NCBI RefSeq assembly: GCF_000143415.4
Contig: NW_003314289.1
Location: 1,358,293 to 1,422,292 of the forward strand
Direction of reading: 5' to 3'
DNA length: 64,000 nucleotides
From: Selaginella moellendorffii
Taxonomy: Eukaryota > Plantae > Lycopodiophyta
The notes beneath the pieces were generated by a model. That model was not told the origin of the DNA, searched no databases, and saw nothing but the letters and a program-made list of their open reading frames with translations. Positions 13,261 to 25,405 of this stretch are shown here, piece after piece. Position numbers and translations under genes: made by a program. The first letter of the stretch is position 1, and each line of letters starts with the position of its first letter.

Positions 13261-13752
13261 CTTAAACTAGAATATTTAGAGGACTCTAAAGCCCAAAACA
13301 CCCAAATGGAACCTCATACTATACTTAATAGTTATCCATATGGAAATGGCATTTTCAAGAATAAGATTTTCTGGCACTTGATCAAATTTATAGTAACTTG
13401 CATACTTCTCAAAATAAACGCAAAATTGGAACATGCTGCACATGCCCGTGCCACGCGTCTCGCGCGGATAGCTTCTCGCTGTAACAATCCGCCACGCGTC
13501 ATTCTCCCATTCGCTCGAGGCCACGAGTACCACAAAAGCGCCAGAGCGCTACATGCCGAACACTTCTAGGTAAGCTCTCTTTGGTAGAGAGCTTCTCGGC
13601 GGCTAGGCTATGGTGGAGGAGCAAGGATGAGGAAGAGGAGGAGGAACTCTGAGAATTCCTTTGAGGATTCCAGCTCCAGTCGTACAGGTACCTTGCCCTC
13701 CCTAGTCCATCGGGCCGGATTGAGCTAGATCATCCAGGGATTCCAGGGTAGA

Positions 13753-14934
13753 ATGGGTAGGGCGGGCAATGCCGGCGAGCAGCAGCCGCGAATCACACTG
13801 GGGAGCTACTTGGATATGTCACGGAGCTTGAATATGGATCCTTCCTGGAGCTCCAGGCAGCACAGCAATGCCAGGGGGCGATGGGACATGACCAAGAGCC
13901 TCAATGTGGAGTCTGGATTCTTCGCAAAGGCATCGTCGCGGCCTAGCCGCAAGGCCGCGAGGAATGGCAATGGAAGCAGTGGCAGTGGCAGCAGTGGCAG
14001 TGGCAGCAGAGTAGCGGCGGCCAAATCTTCGGAGGATTGCGTCGTGGTGGCCGCGAATTCTCCCATTATAGACCAGGAGCACAGGAGATCGAGCGCCGCG
14101 GCCAAAAGCCCCTTGTCCGCGACCGATGGTGGGATGTTTCCAAGCCGGGCAAGCTTCCACGCGGGACTCAATGGGAAGATGCTACCCACGAGTCCAAACA
14201 TCCGGGACCCTTGCCAGGAGAAAGATCTCATCGATGCTTTCGTGGACCAGCTGAGAACCATCGCCGCGAGCTCCTCGAATAGCGAGCCCAACGCTACAAC
14301 GCGGCGGGTGGTGAGGCGAGCGCTGGAGTTTTCCAGCAACTTGAACGCTCAAAGGATCACCACCACCGCCACCGCCACCACCGGCAGCGAGATCCACAGC
14401 AAGAACAAAGTGCCATCGTCCAGAGGCGTGGACGATCTTCGCGATGGTGGCGACGATCTTGGCAGGAGGATTTACCGCTCAAAGCTGAAGGGCAATGGCG
14501 GTGATCTCCGGAGGCAGCACTTTCTTCCCGTGGTTGTGGAGGAGAAACAAACGGTCATCTCCTCGCCGATATGCCACAGCAGCTCTTCGAGGATGAAGCT
14601 AAAGTCCGTGGACATGCCTCCGGCGATCCAGCAGCACGCCGTGGAGTGTGCGTTCCAGCTCCTCAAGAACATGGATTGCAAGCTCAACTGCAAGCTCATC
14701 GCCTGGCAACTTAAGAAGGTAAGTTTCGGTCCAAGTTGACGATCGAGTTCTTTACTTACGTGGTTTTCTTTGTAGGAGTTTGATAAGATCCATGGACCGG
14801 CCTGGCACTGCATCGTAGGGACGAGTTTTGGATCGTATGTAACGCACTCCGTCGGTGGATTCATCTACTTTGCGGTGGGAAAGGTGTCGATTCTTCTCTT
14901 TAGAACTGCCATCGAGGTGGTGGATAAAAAGTAG
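13753..14934 (+). CDS. Dynein light chain LC8-type protein with long disordered N-terminal extension (2 exons; intron 14719-14775)
   Basis: Spliced C-terminus [12 protein letters not shown]...LKK|[24 protein letters not shown]...FIYF...ILLFRT; GT-AG intron. Confidence 0.92.
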
Positions 14935-15078
14935 AGGCTGGCTCGCTCGAAATTCAAGCTGCCAGTTCTTCGTCTAGCGCAGTGGAAAATCACACTGCTC
15001 TTGTACAATGGGAATTCCAACTCTAAAAAACCATGACTTTTAAGAAACAAAAAGAACTGGCCTCGTACCTCCAACGTT

Positions 15079-16896
15079 TTAAAGCTTGGATTGAGGAGGC
15101 ACGACATTGAGTTTCACCCGGTGCCATGAAGTGTTTAGCACTCCTCTCAAGTTCCATATGCTCGACACATCCTCTGGCTGGATGTTTGCGGCAGCATCAA
15201 CCTGTCAATCACATAAAAACCGTGAGAGGTCTTGAACGAACTCGAGAAACTTACAGCTTTAGCCACGACTTCTAGCGGAGAGTTCGTGAGTTCCACCGTC
15301 AGCTCCCATAGGACCCACGCAAATCTCTTGCATTTCTCGGGATTGTCAGCAATGTACTCCTTGTCATCTTGAAATCGCTGAGCTTCCTGCCAAGTTTTGC
15401 CTCCGTCTACTGAGACATCAACGCGTTCTATTCCACGGCCTCCACCACTCACAGCGTAGCCTTGAATTTTCATCTAGAAAAGCAGAAACAAACAACTGAG
15501 CATCAAACACAAGTGTGCTTACCTTGCTGCCAGCTTTGACGAGATCTCCCTCTGCTGGAGAGCATATAGCACACTGGCAACCAAAAACCACGAGATTTTT
15601 AAGAAGAAATCCCAGCTTGACGACATACCTGAACAGGAAAGTCCATTAAAGGTCGGCGAGAGTTCCAGTTGATGTTGTCCCAATCTACGGTTGGTGGAAA
15701 CATCTTGTAATCCTTTTGCATGAAAAATCCCTGGCGAGTTGAGAGATGTTAAAGTGTGTCGTGACTAATCAATTACATACAAAACCTGGCATTCTTCTTC
15801 AATAACTTTGATCTCAGTAAGCCATTTTACCGAGCGAGCGCCAATGACACCTGGAACAACAACCCGAAGAGGAAATCCATGGTCCCTATTTAGTTCCTGT
15901 GACAGATTTTCATAAACTAGGAAATTCGTTCTGCGCTTTTGATTTTACCTTCCCATTCATTTCATAAGCCAAAATAACTTCCGCTTCAGGGCTCATTGCT
16001 TGGGAGAGAGGGATGGACGCCTTGTAAGGTCCACCGTTTTCCTCCTGAAACAAAAAGTTGATGGTAGACTTAAAACGCAAACAACTAAGAAAGCTTTGTT
16101 TTGCTTTTCCCACCTTGCAAACGTCCACGCTTGAAAACTCGACATGCCTTTTCGAAGATTCCTGGCGAACTCCTGCGAGTTCCAACACGTCGTGCAATCT
16201 AGCACCTCCCCAAACAGCTGGACAAAAGTTTATGCCGTAAGAAAGAAGAAAACAATTCGTGCCCACCATTTCCCAAGGCTGAAATCGCCCAGCCAACACC
16301 TTTAACTTTTCTGACTTTGCTCATAGCCGTTCTCCGATTTCCTGCACACTGGAGAGCAAAACTCATCAAAAACTAAAAGTTTGAAGTTGGCTTTTATTAC
16401 TTGTAGCGTAGCCGTCACCGTGTGCTTGGGCAAGTTCCTGCATTTACGTTGGTTATCACCCTTCGGACAATAGAAGAGAATTGAAAAGAATTTTCAAGTA
16501 CCTCAAGTCCTGGAGGGACAAAGACAAGGGTCCAGGAACCAAGCCACCAATTTCCAAGCGATAGCTGCCAAAACAAGCAATTTAGAAGAAGAAAAAAAAT
16601 TGCAAAGAGCTTCAGAGAAGAATCAATCAATCTCGATCAAAGAAATTTTTACTTGTTTGGATCATCGATGACAGGAATAGGACCGTGATTCCTTTTGTAG
16701 AAGAGATCCTCGGGAGTTACGAAGGATCGCACGAGAGCCTTCGGCGGTGTCTCGGCATTGAAAGGCTCCTGAGAAGGAAAATAATTTTGTAGAAGTGGTA
16801 GAAGCACAGCATTTTCCTTACCTTGGAATTTACAATGAGTGATGGATCGCGATGAGGCTCGTTCTCGTAAGATTTTGGCCCATACAGCACTCCCAT
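15079..16896 (-). CDS. SOX: Peroxisomal sulfite oxidase (multi-exon)
   Basis: [18 protein letters not shown], catalytic [45 protein letters not shown]; C-terminal SKL. Confidence 0.96.
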
Positions 16897-16959
16897 CGCG
16901 CAAACCTGCAAATCCATGTCGAGTAGCACCGAAAGCTGGAATTCGAGCAAACCTTCGCG

Positions 16960-17052
16960 GCTTCCTGGCCGCCGCACGCCAAAGAGAAAGAGAGATCGAC
17001 GAGAATTCGCGAGAGCGCTTCCTGGCCGCCGCGCACCAAAGAGAAAGAGAAG
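16960..17052. repeat. 57-bp-period direct duplication between divergent SOX and PPR genes
   Basis: GCTTCCTGGCCGCCGC..CCAAAGAGAAAGAGA at 16960 and 17017. Confidence 0.85.
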
Positions 17053-17193
17053 AACGAGCTACCCTAGGATTCCTCGAAGCCTCTCTTCTATCGCTATAGC
17101 CACCATTCACAGGAATGCCACTGAAAAGATTCGACCTCGCGACCACTTTAGGCCAGGCAGAGGATTTGAGCCCGAGACCTCTCTGGGATTTTG

Positions 17194-19293
17194 ATGCTAG
17201 TGAAATATTTAGGGCTATGGAGGAGGAGGAAGAAGGCGCTCGATTCTTCCGTCTCAATCCTCTCGATCTCTGCGAGGAGCTCCAGCACGGCCAGCAGCAT
17301 CGAATCCCTACCGGTGCTGCGCTCGCGGGTTCAAGAGCTCGAGTGGAATGGGATCAATCTGGAGCCTTACGCGTACGAGGAGCTGCTCCAGGCATGCGCG
17401 CGATTGAGTGCTCTCCACGAAGGTAGGCGAATCCATTCCCACATTGCCCGGTGTGGATTTGGCGATCGCGCGCTCTTCTTGCAGAACACTCTCCTCAACG
17501 TCTATGCAAAATGTGGGAGCGTCCGGGACGCGATCGAGCTCTTGGAATCCATGGAGCTCCGGAATGCGGTCTCGTGGAACGTGGTGATCGGCGGGTTTGC
17601 CAGGAGCGGGCACCGGCAAGAAGCGCTGGAAATTTTCTGGAAGATGATGCTGGAAGGAGTCAGGCCTGGCAGAATCACCTTCACGAACGCTCTCCTGGCC
17701 TGTGAAGGAGAGGAATTCCTGCCGCTGGGAAGGATCATCCACAGCTCCATCCAAGAGGCCGGGATCACAGATCAAGAAGAAGAAGAGAAAGCTGTGGAGC
17801 TGGGAAATGGGCTCATTGCCATGTATGGGAGATGCGGTGATCTAGCAGCCGCTACCCAGGTTTTCTATGGAGTGAGGCAGCGGACGATTGTTTCGTGGAA
17901 CTCGATCATCGCAGCGTATGCCCAGTCCGGGCATAGCAAGGAGGCGTTCCAGTTTTTCAAAGAATTGGTAGCTGATGGGATCAAGCCGAGCTCAGTGACG
18001 TTCCTTGCCATCTTGCCGGCCTGTTCGAGCTCGCAGGAGGTGGACTTCTTCTCGGCATTGATCAGAGAGGCTGGACTGGAATCCGACGTGCTCGTCAGTA
18101 CGTGCTTGATCACCACCTATGGGAAAGCTGGCTCTTTGGAGAATTCCAGGAGAGCTTTTGCTGTCTCGGACCGGAGCAACGTTGTGACTTGGAACGCGAT
18201 GCTCACGGCGGTGTCGAGCGTTGGAAAGCTATTGGAAGAGCAGCGCAGTGTAGAGGTGGGATTCCTCGCGGAGGAAGAATCGCTCCGGTTGTTCCGAGAG
18301 ATGCTGGGCGAAGGACTGAGGCCCGCGAGGGTGACGTTTCTGGCGGTTCTAAACTCTTCATCGCCGAGTCCCAGGAGCTGGGAATGGATTCACAGGCTGG
18401 CCTTTGAGAGCGGTGTTGCTGACGTAGAACCGGAAGTAGCAGCCGCGCTGGGCACCGCCTTCGTACGAGCTCACGGAAGAAGTAGATCGACCAAAAGTTG
18501 CGATCAAGATCAAGGTCTTCACCGACAGGAACTTGAGCTCTCGGACGACGTGCTTGCCTGGACAAGCGCCATGACAAGCTGCTCCCAGAAAGGCCTGGAC
18601 AGAGACTCCCTCGCTATCTTTCGCCAAATGCAACTCCAAGGCGTCCATCCAACCAGCTTCACTCTCGCGGTGGCTCTGGAATCCTGTGCGAAGCTGGGCG
18701 ACTACGAGCAAGGCAGCAGCATCCACTGCGTGATGGCCCTCCAGTGCAAATCCGACGAGTTCGTCGCCACCGCGCTCGTCAACTTATATTCGAGGTGTGG
18801 AGATCACGCCGCCGCTCGAGCAGTCTTCGACGGCTTCCAGGGATCGACGCTGGTCCTTGCCACCGCCCTCATCGCCGGCTACTCTCGGAATGGCGATGGC
18901 ACCGCCGCGCTCCAGGCCTATCAGCTCATGCAGCTCCATGGCGACGCTCCGAATGACGTGACCTTCGTCACCATCCTCTCGGCTTGCAGCCACGCCGGCT
19001 TGCTGGACGAGGGGGTTGGATACTTCCAGGCCATGGCCGCGGAGCATTCGATCGAGGCGACGGCCCAGCACTATGGCTGCGTCGTGGATTTGCTCGCTCG
19101 GCTTGGGCATTTGGAGGAGGCCGAGGAGATTATCGAGGAGATGCCGTTCTTGCCGGGGAGCGTGGATTGGCTGACGCTGCTGGGCGGGAACAGGAATCAC
19201 GGGGATTTGCGGCAGGGAGAGCGAGCGATAGACGAGCTCGAGCGTGGATTTCTGGATCGAGCGGGATCCAGTGGATCGAAATGGAGGCTCTAA
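17194..19293 (+). CDS. PLS-class pentatricopeptide repeat protein with E domain, no DYW
   Basis: Intronless ORF; NTLLNVYAKCGS, VSWN, TFVTILSACSHAGLLDEG, HYGCVVDLLARLG, EMPF.P...W..LLG. Confidence 0.9.
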   Translation: MLVKYLGLWRRRKKALDSSVSILSISARSSSTASSIESLPVLRSRVQELEWNGINLEPYAYEELLQACARLSALHEGRRIHSHIARCGFGDRALFLQNTLLNVYAKCGSVRDAIELLESMELRNAVSWNVVIGGFARSGHRQEALEIFWKMMLEGVRPGRITFTNALLACEGEEFLPLGRIIHSSIQEAGITDQEEEEKAVELGNGLIAMYGRCGDLAAATQVFYGVRQRTIVSWNSIIAAYAQSGHSKEAFQFFKELVADGIKPSSVTFLAILPACSSSQEVDFFSALIREAGLESDVLVSTCLITTYGKAGSLENSRRAFAVSDRSNVVTWNAMLTAVSSVGKLLEEQRSVEVGFLAEEESLRLFREMLGEGLRPARVTFLAVLNSSSPSPRSWEWIHRLAFESGVADVEPEVAAALGTAFVRAHGRSRSTKSCDQDQGLHRQELELSDDVLAWTSAMTSCSQKGLDRDSLAIFRQMQLQGVHPTSFTLAVALESCAKLGDYEQGSSIHCVMALQCKSDEFVATALVNLYSRCGDHAAARAVFDGFQGSTLVLATALIAGYSRNGDGTAALQAYQLMQLHGDAPNDVTFVTILSACSHAGLLDEGVGYFQAMAAEHSIEATAQHYGCVVDLLARLGHLEEAEEIIEEMPFLPGSVDWLTLLGGNRNHGDLRQGERAIDELERGFLDRAGSSGSKWRL

Positions 19294-19699
19294 GGGCGCT
19301 AAAGAGATACCAACATTATAAACAAACATTTGTTATTGTGAGTGCTATTAATTGGGGTTTAGATACATGTATGTATATATATGTATTGGTAATACATGTA
19401 TGTACATACATGTATTTACAAACCTTGATTTAAAGCGATTACCTGAAAAAATATATTATTTAGAGTTTAAAATACTTATTCATTGTTATATTTTTTAAAG
19501 GCTATTGTAAACTCTTTACATATATCTTAAAACCTTTAACTGTTGCAAATAAAATTATGGGTATCCAAAATTTTCTGTTAACAAGTCCATTTTTCTTTAG
19601 ACAGGGGATTGGTGAATTTACAATTCAGTTGCTGAAATAAAATTTCAAATCAGAAATGCCAAACTGATGACTCACTGCCCTTAAAGCCTTGCTTGGACA

Positions 19700-21953
19700 C
19701 TCAATTCCTCTTGATGTAGCTTTGATTGGCCACCAAGATATCCAATATTGCGGGCAACTATACAACCATACAAAAGTGTCATTTTGTAAATTACATAGAA
19801 AGGCTCTTAGTAAGGGTTTTACTTGAAAAAGTCCTTTATTTGCAACCTAGGCTGCACTCCTCGGTGATCTGCAGTTGGTAATGTTAGCACTAAGTAGAAT
19901 ATGTAAAGCAAATGCTTGCATGTGTACAAATTTTGGCTGACAGAACGCTTGAAGGAATTGCAGTCGCAGGAGGGTAGCTCTGAAACAGTCACTTTGAAGA
20001 CATTGCCACTAATGGAGAGAGAGAGAGAGAGAATTCTTTTCCAAGAGGATTCAGTTGTTTGCTGCTGACGATTTCCTCTCTCTGTTTTCTCACCCCTTCA
20101 AGAAGTTTAGAATGTTTTTGCGTAGACTTCCTGTGCCTGAAATGCTTGCCATCAAGCTCCCCTGTGCCAATATCCTCCACCTGTTCTATTTCGTGCCTTT
20201 TTCCGTGTTTCTCACATAGAACAGCATGCATGTTGAGAACCTGTAGAAGTAGTTGACTTCAGAATTGCATCATCAAACTTGTACCAAATTCTGTTTGCTT
20301 TAGCAACTGTGGTATAATGCCCTCCTCTTCCGTAATGTTCAACAACTGCACACAGGTTGTAAGATTCCTGCTCGTTAGATGCTAATCTGGAAAAGAAAAA
20401 ATAAAGCCGTGTTAAGCAGAAACATCACAGCTTCAAGAAGTTTAGAATTAGCCTCAGACTTTCTGGGAAAATTCGCGGCAGTCGTCCTCTTGCTCATGTT
20501 TAGCAGGCCAGCCCTAAGCGCTTTGACTTCTCTGTCCTCCATTCTGCTTTTAAGCTCTGCATAAGGGAAATCGAATTAAATTACGCTAAAAGATGAGAAA
20601 GACAGACTTTTTAGCTTTAGTCCTGTCAGTCCTCGTTTCAAACCTTCATCTGGAAGCACGAAAACGCTCCAAGCATATTATAAGAAGCTGGATCAGGCAT
20701 TTAGATTTTATAAACTTTTGGCTCCCACAAGTACACGCATGTAGCTGGACATTTTCATCCGCAAGATCGAAGTCAATACAGGTCTCCAAATCCAAACTTT
20801 GTGAATCTGCAGGACAATCGTTAAACAAACATTCACAACGAAGTCTAGACATAATAGTTACCCCCGCCATTAGGAATGTGGAGCAGCCAATGTGTTGTTT
20901 CTTCAAAGCTCAAGTTTGAAACGCCACAAGTCACGCATTTACAGACGTGTTTGAACTTCAGCTTTACTTCCTTGCAATCCATAACCTTCTCAAACTCGTT
21001 GAATAGTAATACTAAAAATTCCTGCACAAAAATGTCAGACTGAAACACAAAGTCCATATACTTACATGTGCGTCCTGGTCCTGCCCAAGAACTGCAAAAT
21101 TCGGATCAAGAGCAGCAACCTGCTGGTGCATAGCTCGCGCATCACATGCTTCTCCATTGTTGATTTTCTTGTGAAGTTCAAACAACTCCTTGAACAACCC
21201 GAAGCTTTCTCCAAGAGTCCTCCAAAGTGTCTTGTGAGAACTTAATGCTTGAATTGTACTTGAAAGATCACACGTCCGTCTAATGTTGGGAATCCCAACC
21301 AGTTTGTGCTCGGACGCAGTAGTTATCGCCTGCTTAACCGAATCTTTAACTTCTACCTGCCCTGCCGCTGCTCTGATATTCTTCTCTTCAGTTGCCCCTC
21401 TCACAGCTTCTTTTTCTTCGAGAATCATCAGACTTCTTACGTTTTCCGCAACTGCTTCAGAAAATACGTGTTGAAGCTGACTCTCCTTGTCTTGAAGAAT
21501 CATCAACTCATCGGGATGACAACAGTACCATCTATACTGTGAAGATTAAACTTTGTAGCAGAGAACATAAGGAAGTCTTGAACACCATAGCACAAACAGA
21601 TAAACCTTACCAACTTCTCTACAACATTCAGAGTGCTCTGATAAGAAATATTTGCATCTGCACTAGATTCGTTCCCACAAACCAGAATTTTGTCGCCCTC
21701 AAAAGCTCCTTAACTTCAGCCTCCTTTTGAAGTAGAAGATCGATCACTTGTCCCAATACTTGATATCATCCGTCTCGAATGCATCAAGCCACCTGTTCCC
21801 TATCACAGTAGCCTCCCTCTGTGGAAATGTTCTTAAGAACCATTCAGTGGCTGATTTAGGCAACAAATCCCTTGCCTGGCACTTCACAAGTTCTGCTAAA
21901 GCTCTAACAATCTTACAGGCCCTTTCAAGATCTTGCTCCTTGTAATACGTCAA
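19700..21953 (-). pseudogene. Decayed ubiquitin-specific protease (peptidase C19)-like gene
   Basis: Cys box GIPNIRRTCDLSSTIQAL; QDAH|EFL formed by a 44-nt GT-AG intron (21022-21065); LIICLERF; His box YNLCAVVEHYGRGGHYT..WYKFDD (~20270-20350); internal stops and frameshifts. Confidence 0.7.
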
Positions 21954-22409
21954 TCCGAGTTAGGGTTCTACCAAATCAATGGGGTGTCTTTATCGACAGG
22001 TTGTAGCATCGAAGAGGCGGTGAAGGGGATGTTCCAAGCTGCCGGATTGGCTTGCCCAGTGTTGCCAACAGAGTGCCGAATCCACAAATTCGTTCTCTTT
22101 CTTCAGGAGAACAAGGTGGACGTGGACAAGCCGTGGAAGGAACAGGGCTTCTTCGACATTGACTTGATTCACCATAATGTTGTGCAAGACTACATGAATC
22201 TCCCTTCTGCGCTCACTGAGGTTGAGCTCCGGACGATGATAAGTTGCAGCAACGTTCCAAGTCAGTCTTGTGCTCTCAAAGTGCGTCTCGCAGAGAGACT
22301 CTTGGGAGACTGCCACATTGTGTGTACAAGACAGGTTTGGAACAGGTACAGGGAAGTTGGGCATCGCCTCGACACAACACAGTTCATCCAGGCAGAAAAC
22401 CACTGCGAG

Positions 22410-22462
22410 AGACTTACGTGTTTGGCCATTCTAAAGTCCGCGAGCTTTACATTTCCATGCAT
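22410..22462 (-). pseudogene. Isolated MAP3K-like kinase exon fragment
   Basis: GNVKLADFRMAKH followed by a GTAAGT donor (subdomain VII, DFG changed to DFR); no other kinase subdomains seen. Confidence 0.45.
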
Positions 22463-23145
22463 GTGTGGTTAGGTGTGGTATGCGTCAGGATGGGGTTTGA
22501 CCATAGGGAGAAGGCGTTCATGTCCAGCCAGAGGGCCTTGATACTTAAGCCGGACGAGAAGTAACTGTGGGACTTGGCTGCTTGTGTTGCAGTTCTAGCT
22601 AGTGATAGCCGTGAAGGTGAAATGCTCAGGCAAAAGGCATGCAAACTCCACTTGTATGAATTGGCTACAAGGTGATCTACCATAGTATGCAAAAAACACT
22701 AAACTTGTTTTTGAATGAAGTTTCTTAAACATGTTTGAAATTTTCTGATGAAAAGAAGTATAAAACAAATATTTCCTGTCAAGAATACATTTTTCCCACC
22801 AAAAGTTTTTCCCATCAAGAACAATCATCTCCTATTAAGAAATTCATCTATCTGGAAAATGTGTATTTATTATGGTATTCACACAATCTTATCCACGGAT
22901 CACTGTTTGCATATGGTTTTGCATAATAAATGTTGCTTATTTATTCTAATAATAGACTATTCATTCTTTATGACTTGCCATAAATGCCACTTGGGAACTC
23001 CCTCACAGTGTCCCGTCGTCGCCATTCTTGTCCAGTGCTTTCTCCCAAGTAATCCAATTGTCTCCGGTATAGCTACTGTCATGATCTTATTCCTCTCTGC
23101 TGCGGTTTTTATTGCTCTCAAGTGATTCACAATTATTCATGATAG

Positions 23146-24636
23146 CTACTGCCAGCCACATGGTATATGCAAATGCGATTCGTGCATCTCTCTACACCAA
23201 TGATCAATTGCAGTGTAGGGAGCTTCCGACACGACACTTGCTTGCCAAGATCGCCACAGCATGCCGCAGTAGATCCAGGGCACCCACTGCAGGGGCTGCA
23301 GCTTAACACGTCCTGGGTGCTCTCGCGCAAACTCCTTGAGCAACGCAGGGATCTGTGGAGTAGCATCGTTGCTAGTGTAGACACACTTCAGCTCCACATC
23401 TGTGTCACTGCTTCTCTTCACCAGCTCACGAAGGAACTCCAGTTCCGGACCTGTTCTTTCCCAGATGTGCTTGCTGTAGACAAACTCGACTCTAACTGTC
23501 AAGGGGCTCTTCCTGCTGTTCCAATTTGCAACGTTGAGTTGCTGCATTTCGTCACACACACCGTGAGGCACTGGAACAAGAAAGCAAAAGCTTCACCTTG
23601 ATACTTATGAAAGAGACAATGAACTCCTCAAGCCCCTGGAACGGCTCCAGCAGGGCCACAAGATCAATAGAGCAGGGTGGAATGCCATCGTCAAAGATGC
23701 AGAAGTAGAACTTCTTCAGGCTCGACGTTCTACACAAAGCTGCCTTGTCCATTACTTGGGCGGGGCTGCTAAACGGATTGAGGAAGATGATCCTTTTGAG
23801 CCTGGTGTAACCCAGCCCCTGGATGTTCCACATGCTCTCTCTCACCCGGATCCACTCTACGTTGCATGTAGTGGGCCGTAACTCGATGTGCGGAGCAAAG
23901 AAGAACATCCACCGGAGCTTTGGTGTGTCAAGGGCAAGTGTAAAGTTGTCCACTCCACCACCCTCGCAGTGTTCCGACTGGCAGCTGTCGAGGCTGCGGC
24001 TCTTGAGCACGTAGGTACCTGCATAAACATAAAATCACATATATATGAAAAACAACAACAAATGCCCAGACTGGGTGAATCGGGCTAGCTCTACATACCG
24101 GGCGAGCTCACCACTATTGTATTCATTCTCGCTGCAAGAAGCGAAGGGCAGAGCTCGAGCAGCTGCTGCAGCACACTCACGTTGACCGGTATGTGAAAGG
24201 TGAGGAAGAGGAGATTAGGCAGCAGCGGTGACGGCAAGGCTGCATTGCCGAGCGTGGAGCCGAGTTGTGTGACGTAGACGTGGAGACAGCGGAGCTCCTG
24301 GCACGCAGAGATGTTGAACCAGAGGCCCTCGAACTTTTGCTGCGGACCTCCGTAGATGGTCACCGAGTGGAGCCCCTTCCCGATCTGGTGCAGCCAGCGA
24401 GTGCAATCTTGCTGGAACCGGATGGATAACTGGCGAAGATTGTTGTGGCCAAACCAGCGGATGAGCCCCTGCTCCACATCATGACTCCTCGATTCCAAGC
24501 AATAGTGTGTGACAAGCCTTGCCAGGTGCGCAAACCTCTTGCTTACCAGAGACGAGGGATTCAAGTCGCGGGACCAGGCGAGGAGAGACATGATCCGAAT
24601 GAGGACCTCATCCTCGTCAAGGTACTGCCTTCGCAT
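23146..24636 (-). CDS. F-box/LRR(RNI)-like protein, possibly degenerate; ends uncertain
   Basis: LDEDEVLIRIMSLL..SRDLNPSSLVSKRF F-box-like motif, then LxxLxL repeats over three ORFs; a possible upstream segment (ATG ~24769) is out of frame. Confidence 0.6.
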
Positions 24637-25405
24637 CACCAAAGTCTAGACCGAACTTTTCGATGAAGGTCGCGCGTTCTTTAGGAGCGGCAAACGCGTG
24701 ATAGAGAGGCGGGGAGGAGAGCGCGGGAGGCTGTTTCTCGTTTGATGATCGAGTCTTTTCCAGCTCCATAGCCACGGAGAAGACGCCAAGGCTCCAATCG
24801 ACCACGTACGATCTGGTGGGATCTCTACTCTTCTGGAGCGTTAACACGGCGTCGATTTTCATTTCTATCAAAACAATTCTAGCAAAACACAGATGATCAC
24901 CAGTCCAGGTCCTCGTAGAAAAGGATCCAGTAGCTATTGTCACAACCGTCGGGCGCACCGCCACCATTGCCCCCACAGTCCGCACCGCTGCGTCTCCCGT
25001 TGCCCGCACCGTTGCCGCCGTGTTCCGCACCGTTGCATCCTTGCGAGCAAGAAGTTTCTAGGGCCACACAAATCCTAACCGTAATATCAGCGTGTAGCTG
25101 TGTGACAGTGCCTTCTCTGGATCACCGCACCATGCAGCGATCCATCTCAATATCAAGATTACATTGAAACAAATTTGATCGATCGACGCAGAACGGGAAA
25201 TCTGAACGTACTCAAATATATTTTCCCAATCCTATAGTCCTACTACGCCGTTAAATCGTTTGAAAATGGGACTATTTGGTCTTGAGAATATTCTACGTTC
25301 TTTTGAAAACCATTGGTTCTTCGGCTATGAGATACCCGCATATTCTCCTTTCTTCTTCCTTTAAAAGCGAAGAGCTTGCGCAATCGATCGCTATCGAATC
25401 GTCGA

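Noticed and set aside
24880-25170. GC-rich CCGCACCGTTG-type repeats encoding Gly/Asn- or Pro-rich frames
   Set aside because: Low complexity; no consistent gene model on either strand
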